Assembly (NCBI GenBank): GCA_965213625.1
Contig: CBDBZU010000004.1
Coordinates: 1,696,001 to 1,760,000, forward strand
Length of the DNA stretch: 64,000 nt
Direction: 5' to 3'
Origin: a bacterium
GTDB taxonomy: Bacteria > UBA8248
The notes beneath the pieces are model-generated. The model was given only the letters and a program-made list of their open reading frames with translations, was not told the DNA's origin and ran no database searches. Within the stretch, counting starts at the first letter, position 1. Each line of letters begins with the position of its first letter. Below, piece after piece: positions 52,444 to 60,881 of this stretch. Made by a program: the position numbers and the translations under genes.

Positions 52444-54375
52444 ATGCCGAACGCGAAGTTTCAGGGAACGGACGGGGTTCGCGGCCTCGCCGTGGATGAA
52501 CAGCACCCGCAGGCGGTGGGGGTCGACCCACGCGCGGCGTATCTGGAAAACGGGGTCCTGACGCCCCGGTTCATCGAGCACTACGTCTTTGAAGCGGGTA
52601 AATGGCTACTGGAGCGAGCTTCCGAAGGGCTCATTTCTCCCACGGCGGTCGCGCTGGCCTGGGACCCGAGGGACGTGGAGGGAGAATTATCCGCTGCTTG
52701 CGTGAATGGTCTCCTGCGGGCAGGCGCGCACGTGCTCTCGTTGGGCGTGATGCCCACACCTGTGGCGGCGGCCTATCTGGCGGGCGTGGGCGGAGCGGGC
52801 GCGGTGGTCCTCACCGCCTCTCATAACCCCGCGGAACAAAACGGCGTAAAAATCCTGTCGGCTCCCGACTCGATGAAGCCCTTGCCGGATGAGGATGCGG
52901 CGTTAAGCGCCCGCGTCTGGGCGAGTGAATGGAGCGCGGTTGCACAAACGCCCGAGAGCGGACACGGGGTGGAAGCAGCCGCCGAGGCGCGCGCGTTTTA
53001 TGTGGACTACGTCACCCGGCTTCCCAACGCCTGGCTGCGCGAGGGCGACCTCGCCCGGTGGAGCCTCGTGGTGGACCCGGCGGCAGGGGCCTGGAGCGGT
53101 GTGGCCGCACAGGTGCTGGAGGAGTCAGGCCCTCTGAACGTGTGTGAGGTGAACGGTTTGAGTGAGGGCCGCGTGAATGAGAACGGCGGCGTGGTCGCGC
53201 TCGAGGGCAGGCGCATCATCGAAGGAGAGGATGCCTGTTTCATCGCCGGTCACGCGGGCGCGGGCGCGCTTTTTGAGGTTGGCCGTGCGCGGCGCGAGGA
53301 GCTTAAAAGAGGCGATGGGCTGGCGGCTGCCTGTGTCCTGGACGCAGACGGCGACAGGGGCTACACCCTCGTCTACAATCCGTTTCGGGACGCGCTCCAT
53401 ATCCTGGACGGGGACGACGCGCTCGTCCTACAGGCCCGTTTTCTGCAAGGAGAGGGCGAATTGCCCGGTGGGGGCGTGGCCGCCATCACGATAGAGAGTG
53501 ATTCGGGCGCGGCGGCGGCTCTGGCCGAGACGGGGCTTCGGGTCGTCTTCACCCCCGTGGGGGATAAGTGGATATTGAACGAGGCGCGCAGATGGGGCGA
53601 CCGATTCGCGCTCGGCGGTGAGGAATCCGGCCACACGGTTGCGCCGGGGCTGCTCGTGAACGCGGTGGGCGAGGGGCGCAGGATCGCGGTGGGAGACGGT
53701 CTCAAGAGTTTCCTGAACACCTGCGCTGCGGTGCGTAGCCTTTTCGATGAGGTGAGCGCCGAAGAATCGTATGCCGCCATCGCCGCGCCGTTTCCCCGGG
53801 GGTTCAAGAGGTCTTATTATGCCTACCATGTGGAGCGGAGCCGTTTTTCGCCGGGTACGGAGGCGTGGGAGGCCATTGCCAAGAAACTGATGGAAGGCGC
53901 TGCAAAAGTATTCTCGGGCGCAGCCGCCCCGCGCTTTGCGCCTTTGGAGGATGACGCGGGCGTCATGTATCTCGCCCTGGTAGACGAGGCGGGCGGGCCG
54001 CTGGGTTCGATTTATGTGAGAAACTCAGGGACCGAGAGCAGGACGGGCGTAGTGATGAGAGGCCCCGCCGAATGGGAAGAAATGCTCTGCGCAGTGGGGG
54101 AAGAGGTGCTGCGCGAGATTCTGGTGCGTATGAAGGACAATGACGCTCCCGGCGCGCGGGCGGAGGCGTGTCTGCTGGAGGCCTTGCGCGAGCGCGAGAT
54201 GGACGCTGTGGCGGCGGATACGCTTTTGGAATCGGACGCCGAGACACGCTTCGGCGCTCCCCTCAGCCCGCCCGACATACGAAAAGAGGTTCTGCGCGGC
54301 GGCTTGGCGCAAGAAGAGGCCGGAACATTCAGCATCACGCCGCTGGGCGAGTGGTATCTGGAGCAGAAAAAATGA
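52444..54375 (+). CDS. glmM: Phosphoglucosamine mutase-like phosphohexomutase
   Basis: FQGTDGVRG, TASHNP, DADGDR, GGEESGH, RNSGTE. Confidence 0.8.
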   Translation: MPNAKFQGTDGVRGLAVDEQHPQAVGVDPRAAYLENGVLTPRFIEHYVFEAGKWLLERASEGLISPTAVALAWDPRDVEGELSAACVNGLLRAGAHVLSLGVMPTPVAAAYLAGVGGAGAVVLTASHNPAEQNGVKILSAPDSMKPLPDEDAALSARVWASEWSAVAQTPESGHGVEAAAEARAFYVDYVTRLPNAWLREGDLARWSLVVDPAAGAWSGVAAQVLEESGPLNVCEVNGLSEGRVNENGGVVALEGRRIIEGEDACFIAGHAGAGALFEVGRARREELKRGDGLAAACVLDADGDRGYTLVYNPFRDALHILDGDDALVLQARFLQGEGELPGGGVAAITIESDSGAAAALAETGLRVVFTPVGDKWILNEARRWGDRFALGGEESGHTVAPGLLVNAVGEGRRIAVGDGLKSFLNTCAAVRSLFDEVSAEESYAAIAAPFPRGFKRSYYAYHVERSRFSPGTEAWEAIAKKLMEGAAKVFSGAAAPRFAPLEDDAGVMYLALVDEAGGPLGSIYVRNSGTESRTGVVMRGPAEWEEMLCAVGEEVLREILVRMKDNDAPGARAEACLLEALREREMDAVAADTLLESDAETRFGAPLSPPDIRKEVLRGGLAQEEAGTFSITPLGEWYLEQKK

Positions 54376-55148
54376 GTGCGACGACGCCGGAAACCTATTT
54401 CCGAAAGCTCGGCGAGTTTCCCCACGCCGCTTTCCTCAAAAGCGTGACGCACACCTGGGAGGCGGTCGGGCGCCTTACGGATTTCGTCCAAAAACTGGTG
54501 GATGAAGCCGACGCGCCTGCAAGCGAAGCTCCCGCCCTTCGGGTGGAGGAGGGCCTCGTGGTGAGCGAGGGGCTGCTCGTAACAGGAGAGAGCCTGAAAA
54601 TCGCCTCCGCCGGCCTGCTCATCGAGGCGGGCGTGCGGGTGGAGCCGGGCGTCGTCATCAAGGGGCCGACGGTGCTTTGTTCAGGCGCGGAAGTAAGGCA
54701 CGGGGCGTATCTCCGGGGCGGCTGCCTCATCGGGCCGGACGCCGTCGTGGGCCATGCGACCGAAGTCAAGAACAGCGCCTTTCTGAACGGCGCGCACGCG
54801 GGGCATTTCGCCTACGTGGGGGACAGCATTCTGGGCGCCGAGGCGAACCTGGGCGCGGGCGTGAAGCTCGCGAACCTCGAACTCAGGACGGAAGAAGAAA
54901 AAAGAACGGGCGTGGTGAAAAACATCGTCCTTCGCGCAGCGGGAGAGCGAATCGATACCGGACTCACGAAACTCGGCGCCGTGATTGGCGATGACGTCGA
55001 GATCGGGTGCAACACGGTGACATCTCCGGGCGTATTGCTGGGTCCCGGCTCCTGGATAGCGCCGAACGTAACCGTCTCCAAGGGAGTATATCCCGAAGGA
55101 ACGCTCATCCGCGCTCCCAAGCCGAGCGTGGGCCGACGCAGGTTTTAA
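54372..55148 (+). CDS. Stand-alone hexapeptide acetyltransferase (GlmU C-terminal-like)
   Basis: RHGAYLRG, GHATEVKNS, HFAYVGDSILG, KLGAVIGD. Confidence 0.85.
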   Translation: MSATTPETYFRKLGEFPHAAFLKSVTHTWEAVGRLTDFVQKLVDEADAPASEAPALRVEEGLVVSEGLLVTGESLKIASAGLLIEAGVRVEPGVVIKGPTVLCSGAEVRHGAYLRGGCLIGPDAVVGHATEVKNSAFLNGAHAGHFAYVGDSILGAEANLGAGVKLANLELRTEEEKRTGVVKNIVLRAAGERIDTGLTKLGAVIGDDVEIGCNTVTSPGVLLGPGSWIAPNVTVSKGVYPEGTLIRAPKPSVGRRRF

Positions 55149-55165
55149 CTCGAAAATATAGATCC

Positions 55166-57475
55166 GTGGACTATCTGAAAGACTTGAATCCCCAACAGAA
55201 AGAGGCGGTACTTGCGCCGCCGGGCGCGAATCTCGTGCTGGCGGGCGCGGGTTCGGGCAAGACGCGCGTGATCGTCCACCGCATACAGCGCCTGCTCGAA
55301 GAAGGTCTCGCTCCACACGGTATTCTCGCCATCACGTTCACGAACAAGGCGGCGGGCGAGATGCGGGCGCGCCTGTTCGCCTCGTTGGGCGCGGGCGCGC
55401 GGGGCATCTGGGTGGGCACCTTTCACGCCGTGTGCGCAAGGATTCTGAGAGCCGAAGCCGAAGCGGCGGGTTTGTCGCCCAGCTTCACCATTTTCTCGCG
55501 CGGGGAATGCCTAACACTCATCAAAAGGTGCCTGTCGGCGGCGAACATCAGTGAGGAGCGCTACGCGCCCCGATCGGTTCTGGAGCAGATTGGACGCCGC
55601 AAGACCTCTTTTGTAGAAGCGGATGATTCGGAATCGCCTCCGTTCAGCATCGAAGCCACGGCACGGAAAGTCGCCCCTGCCTATGAGCGCGCCCTCGGCG
55701 AGGCGGGCGCGGTGGATTTCGATGATCTGCTGGCGCGCCCCCTGCAAATGTTCCGGCGGCATCCCGACGTTCTACGGAAATACCAGGAACGCTTCGAGGA
55801 AATCCTCGTCGACGAATACCAGGACACCAACCCCGTGCAGGACGAGCTCGTGGCCCTGCTCTCGCGCGCTCACGGGCGCGTGTTCGCCGTGGGGGATGAC
55901 GATCAGGGCATCTACGGCTGGCGGGGCGCGCGGGTGGAGAACATCCTGCAATTCGAGCGCAGGTTCCCAGGCGCGCAGGTGTTTCGTCTGGAGGAGAACT
56001 ACCGCTCGAGCGGCGCGATACTCGGCGTCGCCTCGCGCATCGTGGGTGAAGCGGCGGCGCGTCACGAGAAGCGCCTTTTCACCCGGAATCCTGCGGGGGA
56101 GGCCGTCCACTATCTGGCGGCGCCGAACGCGGAAGATGAGGCGGAAGCCGTTATCAAACTCCTCATGGATGCAGGGGCGGGTGGTGCGATTCCCTGGGGA
56201 GAGGCCGCCGTCTTCTACCGCATCAACACGCAATCACGCCCCCTGGAGCAAGCGGCCCGAAGACAGGGGATTCCCTACCAGGTGGTGAAGGGTCAGCGGT
56301 TTTTCGACCGCGCCGAGGTTCAGGACCTGGCCGCTTATTTACGGCTGCTCATCCGGCCCGAGGACGGCGAGGCATTCTCGCGCATTATCAACCGCCCCCC
56401 ACGGGGGCTGGGCCCCGAGCGCCTGAGGGCGATAGCGGGCGAAGAGGCGCAGGGCGTCACGATAGCCGATGCGCGGGCCGCCCTGGACCAGGGCCGCATC
56501 CGGGGAAACGCCGCCCAAAACCTCGGGGATTTGCTCAAGTTGCTTGAGTCTCTCGCTGCCCTGAAAGCGGGACCCGCGCGCCTGATCGAAGAGATTCTCG
56601 AGCGGACGGGCTACCGCGCCTGGCTTGCGGGCGCTGCGCAGAGGAGCACGTCGCCGGAGCGCCGCCGCGCCGCCGCGCGCGCGATGGAGGGCGCCGAGGA
56701 GTTCGTCTCCGCCGCCCGCGCGTTCGAGGAGCGGGTTCAGGAGGAAGAAGGCGCATCGTCCGAATCGGATGAGTCCAAGACATTGTTCTTAGAGGAGTTG
56801 GCCTTGATGGGCGAGGCGGATGAGATGTCCGATGAAAGCGGCGCGCTCTCCTTGATGACGCTTCATGCGGCGAAGGGTCTCGAGTTCGCCGCGGTTGGAA
56901 TCGTGGGTGTGCAGGAGGGTCTGGTTCCGCACAGCCGATCCCGCGACGAGCCGGGCACGCTCGATGAGGAGAGAAGGCTCCTCTACGTGGGCGTCACGCG
57001 GGCGAAGGAGTTTTTAAGTCTCTCCTGGGCCAAGGAGCGCCGGCCCGACGGGGCGAAGGAAAGCTGGGTGTCGCACCCGAGCCGCTTTTTAAAAGGACTG
57101 GGGCCTGAACTCATAAAACGCGTGGGCGATCACGCGCCTGCGCAACGGCGCGCCCCGCGCGATTTCAGAGCGCCGCGCGATTCCACCGACTCGCGCTATG
57201 CGGAAATTTTATCCGAAGCGAAGACCGGAAATCGTCCCAAGACAAAGAGCGCGCCCGTCGTTCCCGCCGAGGCGCTCGGCCCCTTTGCGCCCGGCGCGCG
57301 CGTCAAGCACAAGAAATTCGGCATGGGCGTCATCCGCGAGCGTGAAGGAACGGGAGACCGCACCGTGGTGAGCGTGGAGTTCGAAAAGGTGGGACCCAAG
57401 AAGCTGGTTTTGAAGTACGCGCCGCTCACCCCTGCGGATGAGGACGTTGACGGGGGCGAGAACCGGGCGGTATAA
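55166..57475 (+). CDS. uvrD: UvrD/PcrA ATP-dependent DNA helicase
   Basis: AGAGSGKT, DEYQD, VGDDDQ, ENYRS, HAAKGLEF, EERRLLYVG; C-terminal Tudor-like domain. Confidence 0.93.
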   Translation: MDYLKDLNPQQKEAVLAPPGANLVLAGAGSGKTRVIVHRIQRLLEEGLAPHGILAITFTNKAAGEMRARLFASLGAGARGIWVGTFHAVCARILRAEAEAAGLSPSFTIFSRGECLTLIKRCLSAANISEERYAPRSVLEQIGRRKTSFVEADDSESPPFSIEATARKVAPAYERALGEAGAVDFDDLLARPLQMFRRHPDVLRKYQERFEEILVDEYQDTNPVQDELVALLSRAHGRVFAVGDDDQGIYGWRGARVENILQFERRFPGAQVFRLEENYRSSGAILGVASRIVGEAAARHEKRLFTRNPAGEAVHYLAAPNAEDEAEAVIKLLMDAGAGGAIPWGEAAVFYRINTQSRPLEQAARRQGIPYQVVKGQRFFDRAEVQDLAAYLRLLIRPEDGEAFSRIINRPPRGLGPERLRAIAGEEAQGVTIADARAALDQGRIRGNAAQNLGDLLKLLESLAALKAGPARLIEEILERTGYRAWLAGAAQRSTSPERRRAAARAMEGAEEFVSAARAFEERVQEEEGASSESDESKTLFLEELALMGEADEMSDESGALSLMTLHAAKGLEFAAVGIVGVQEGLVPHSRSRDEPGTLDEERRLLYVGVTRAKEFLSLSWAKERRPDGAKESWVSHPSRFLKGLGPELIKRVGDHAPAQRRAPRDFRAPRDSTDSRYAEILSEAKTGNRPKTKSAPVVPAEALGPFAPGARVKHKKFGMGVIREREGTGDRTVVSVEFEKVGPKKLVLKYAPLTPADEDVDGGENRAV

Positions 57476-57495
57476 GAGCGCAAAGGGGGAAAGAG

Positions 57496-57780
57496 ATGTC
57501 GATTTCGCGGGAAGAGGTGATTCACGTGGCCAGGCTGGCGCGGCTGAATCTCAGCGAGGATGAGATCGGGAAATTCACCGAACAACTCAGCGCCATTCTC
57601 GAACACATCGCCAAGCTGAACGAGGTGGATACCGAGGGTGTGGAGCCCACCTCGCACGTGCTCGACATCACGAACGTGTTCCGCGAGGACGAGGTAACCG
57701 AATCCCCCATCGAGAACATGGAAAAAATGGCGCCTGATTTCGCTAAGGGCCATTTCCGCGTCCCCAAGGTCATCGAGTAG
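57496..57780 (+). CDS. gatC: Asp/Glu-tRNA amidotransferase subunit C
   Basis: HVARLARL, VDTEGVEPT, FRVPKVI. Confidence 0.95.
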   Translation: MSISREEVIHVARLARLNLSEDEIGKFTEQLSAILEHIAKLNEVDTEGVEPTSHVLDITNVFREDEVTESPIENMEKMAPDFAKGHFRVPKVIE

Positions 57781-57795
57781 TTTCCCCCGAATATC

Positions 57796-59259
57796 ATGGC
57801 GTACGCCTCCCTTAAAGAATTCGTCGACGCTTTAGAGCGCGCAGGCGAGTTGCGCCGCGTCAAGGTTCCTGTGGACGTGGAACTCGAAATTACCGAGATC
57901 GCCGACCGCTCGGTGAAGAGCGGCGGCCCCGCGCTGTTGTTTGAAAAACCGGTCACCCCCGACGGGCATGAGTATGACGTTCCCGTACTCATCAACGCCT
58001 ACGCTTCCGAGGAACGGATGAAGCTGGCGCTCGGCGTCGAGAGCATGGACGCGGTGGCGGACGAGGTGGCCGAGCTTCTGGAGATCAAACCGCCCGAGGG
58101 CATCATCGAGAAGGTGAAGATGCTGCCCAAGCTCGCGCGGCTCGCGTCTTTCTCGCCCAAGTCGGTGAGCGCGGCCCCGTGCCAGGAAATCGTCGAGACC
58201 GAAAACCCGAACCTCTTCTCTATTCCCGCCATCAAGTGCTGGCCCGAGGACGCGGGACGCTACATCACATTCGGGCACATCTACTCGCGAAACCCCCGGA
58301 CGGGCAGGCGGAACGTGGGCCTCTACCGCGTGCAGTTTTTCGACGAGAAGACCGCCGGCATGCACATGCACTTACACCACGACGGGGCGCAGAACTTTCA
58401 GGAAAGCTCGAAGATGGGCGCGCGCATGGAGATGGCGATTGCGTTAGGGGGCGACCCCGTCTACGTCTACGCGGCGAGCGCGCCGCTGCCCCCCGCGATA
58501 GACGAGTTGAACCTCGCCGGTTTCCTGAGGCGAAAGAGCGCCGAGCTGGTCAAGTGCAAGACGGTGGACGTGGAGGTTCCCGCGGATTCTGACATCGTGG
58601 TGGAGGGCTACCTGAACCCCGGCGAGTTGCGCGAAGAAGGACCCTTCGGCGATCACACGGGCTGGTATTCCCTGGCGGACGATTATCCCGTCTTTCACGT
58701 CACGGCCATCACGAGGAAGCGCGCGGCCATATACCCCACCACCATTGTGGGCCGCCCGCCGATGGAGGACTACTGGCTCGGCGGGGCCACAGGGCGCATA
58801 TTCCTGCCGCTCATGAAGATGCAGCTGCCGGAAATCGTGGACGTACACATGCCGGCCGAGGGCGTGTTCCACAACATGGTGATCGTCTCGATACGCAAGT
58901 CCTACCCCTACCACGCGCGGAAGGTGATGTACGCCCTGTGGGGGATGGGGCAGATGGCGCTGGCGAAGGTGATCGTCATCGTGGATGAGGACGTGAACGT
59001 GCACGACATCAGCGAGGTCTCCTGGAAGGTGCTCGGCAGCATCGACCCGAGGCGCGACATGGTGTTCGTCGACGGCCCCGTGGATGCGCTCGAACACGCG
59101 GCGCCGCGCCTCCACGTGGGCAGCAAGGTGGGCGTGGACGGCACGCGGAAGTGGGCGTCCGAGGGTTTCGAGCGCGAATGGCCGCCCGAGATCGTGATGA
59201 CGGATGAGATTAAGGAGCGCGTCACGAGGCGTTGGGAGGAGTACGGCCTTGGCGGCTGA
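57796..59259 (+). CDS. mqnL: UbiD-family menaquinone biosynthesis decarboxylase
   Basis: EGPFGDHTG, GRPPMED; linked to UbiA-like and MenG genes. Confidence 0.85.
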   Translation: MAYASLKEFVDALERAGELRRVKVPVDVELEITEIADRSVKSGGPALLFEKPVTPDGHEYDVPVLINAYASEERMKLALGVESMDAVADEVAELLEIKPPEGIIEKVKMLPKLARLASFSPKSVSAAPCQEIVETENPNLFSIPAIKCWPEDAGRYITFGHIYSRNPRTGRRNVGLYRVQFFDEKTAGMHMHLHHDGAQNFQESSKMGARMEMAIALGGDPVYVYAASAPLPPAIDELNLAGFLRRKSAELVKCKTVDVEVPADSDIVVEGYLNPGELREEGPFGDHTGWYSLADDYPVFHVTAITRKRAAIYPTTIVGRPPMEDYWLGGATGRIFLPLMKMQLPEIVDVHMPAEGVFHNMVIVSIRKSYPYHARKVMYALWGMGQMALAKVIVIVDEDVNVHDISEVSWKVLGSIDPRRDMVFVDGPVDALEHAAPRLHVGSKVGVDGTRKWASEGFEREWPPEIVMTDEIKERVTRRWEEYGLGG

Positions 59260-59266
59260 GGCGTCG

Positions 59267-60127
59267 ATGGCGAGAAGTTTCCGGCAGTTCCTGCGCATGG
59301 TGAAATTCGAGCACACCATCTTCGGCCTCCCCTTCGTGCTGATGGGCGGGGTAATGGCGGCAGGCGGGATTCCCTCCGCCTGGGTCTTGTTCTGGATGGT
59401 GATGGCGGCGGTGGGCGCGCGGAATTTCGCCATGTCGCTCAACCGCTTCGCCGACAGGGACATCGACCCCAAAAACCCGAGGACGAAAGACCGCGCCGAG
59501 TTTCAGGCGCTTCTCCACTCGAAATCCATCCTCGCGATGCTGGCGGGCTTTCTGGCGCTCTTCGTACTCTCTGCCTGGATGCTGAATCCGCTCGCGTTCG
59601 CGCTTTCTTTCGCGGTGACGGCGTGCATCGTTTTTTATAGCTATTCCAAGCGCTTCACCTCCTGGACGCACCTGTTCCTGGGCTTCGTTCTGGGCGCTGC
59701 GCCTGCGGGCGCATGGGTGGCCGTGCGCGGCGATCTGGACCCGGTGGCCGTTCTGCTTTTTCTGGGCGTCACCCTCTGGGTGGGCGGGTTCGACCTCATC
59801 TACGCCTGTCTGGACGTGGATTTCGACAGTGAGGAGGACATCCACTCCCTGCCGCGTCTATTAGGCATTAAAGGCGCGCTCATTGTATCGGCGCTCGCCC
59901 ATCTGGGGACGATGGCCTGTTTCTTCGCGGCGGGTCTGGCGTTCGGATTGGGCGCGCTTTACTGGGTCGCGCTCGTGGCGGCGGGGTGTCTTCTATTCTG
60001 GGAGCACTGGATCGTGCGGCCGGACGACCTGAGCCGCGTGGATATATCGTTCTTTAATCTCAACGCCTGGGTGTCCGTGGTCATCGCATCGGGCGCGGTC
60101 GCCGACGTGCTCATCGGCGCGGGCTGA
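59267..60127 (+). CDS. mqnP: UbiA-family prenyltransferase (MqnP-like)
   Basis: KFEHTIFGLPF, NRFADRDID..NPRT, YSYSKRFT, DLIYACLD. Confidence 0.85.
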   Translation: MARSFRQFLRMVKFEHTIFGLPFVLMGGVMAAGGIPSAWVLFWMVMAAVGARNFAMSLNRFADRDIDPKNPRTKDRAEFQALLHSKSILAMLAGFLALFVLSAWMLNPLAFALSFAVTACIVFYSYSKRFTSWTHLFLGFVLGAAPAGAWVAVRGDLDPVAVLLFLGVTLWVGGFDLIYACLDVDFDSEEDIHSLPRLLGIKGALIVSALAHLGTMACFFAAGLAFGLGALYWVALVAAGCLLFWEHWIVRPDDLSRVDISFFNLNAWVSVVIASGAVADVLIGAG

Positions 60128-60135
60128 GCGCACGC

Positions 60136-60846
60136 GTGCCGACCCGCATTGAAAAAAAAGAAGTACAGGCGATGTTCTCGGACATCGCGCCCACCTACGA
60201 CCTCTTAAACCGTCTTTTAAGTTTCGGCGTGGACCGCCTCTGGCGCAAGCGCGCCGTGGCGAACCTCCTGCAAGGTTCGGGTGGGAAAGAGGCGCGGTTC
60301 CTCGACCTGGCAACTGGCACGGCGGACGTCGCCCTGGAGGTCCACAGGCAGGCCGATAGCGGCGCGCGCATATTCGGCGTTGATTTCGCATACCCCATGC
60401 TCGCGCGCGGCAAGACGAAGGCGGCGGCGGGGGGCGCTGCGCTTTCTCTCATCCAGGGAGACGGCTTAAGTCTGCCCTTCGGGGAGGGCGCGTTCGACGG
60501 GGTGATTATCGCGTTCGGCCTGCGCAATTTCGAAGATCGCGAGGCGGGCCTGGCGGAAATGGGGCGCGTTCTGAAAGCGGGCGGCAGGATTGTGGTGCTG
60601 GAATTCGGGCATCCAGTGGGTATATTCGGGCTTTTGTACGCCTTTTACTTCCGGGTGCTCCTCCCGGTCATGGGGCGGCTCGTCTCCGCGCACCGAAGCG
60701 CGTATAATTACCTTCCAAACACGGTATACGAATTTCCCGAAGCCGAGAGGCTCTCGGCGATGATGCGCGAGGCGGGCTTTCGCGATGTGAGCCATCGCCC
60801 GATGACGGGCGGCATCGCCGAGCTTCACACCGGGGTGCGTGGATAA
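60136..60846 (+). CDS. menG: Demethylmenaquinone methyltransferase
   Basis: MFSDIAPTYDLLN, LDLATGT, FGLRN. Confidence 0.9.
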   Translation: MPTRIEKKEVQAMFSDIAPTYDLLNRLLSFGVDRLWRKRAVANLLQGSGGKEARFLDLATGTADVALEVHRQADSGARIFGVDFAYPMLARGKTKAAAGGAALSLIQGDGLSLPFGEGAFDGVIIAFGLRNFEDREAGLAEMGRVLKAGGRIVVLEFGHPVGIFGLLYAFYFRVLLPVMGRLVSAHRSAYNYLPNTVYEFPEAERLSAMMREAGFRDVSHRPMTGGIAELHTGVRG

Positions 60847-60881
60847 CCCGCGAACCCCGCGCTCCCGAGGGAGGGAAGGGC

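Noticed and set aside
50605-54375. 1256-aa ORF suggesting a giant fusion
   Set aside because: The first half is an off-frame shadow of glmS; the real mutase starts at ATG 52444
57496-57780. gatC without adjacent gatA/gatB
   Set aside because: Split gat operons are common; the partners may lie outside the window
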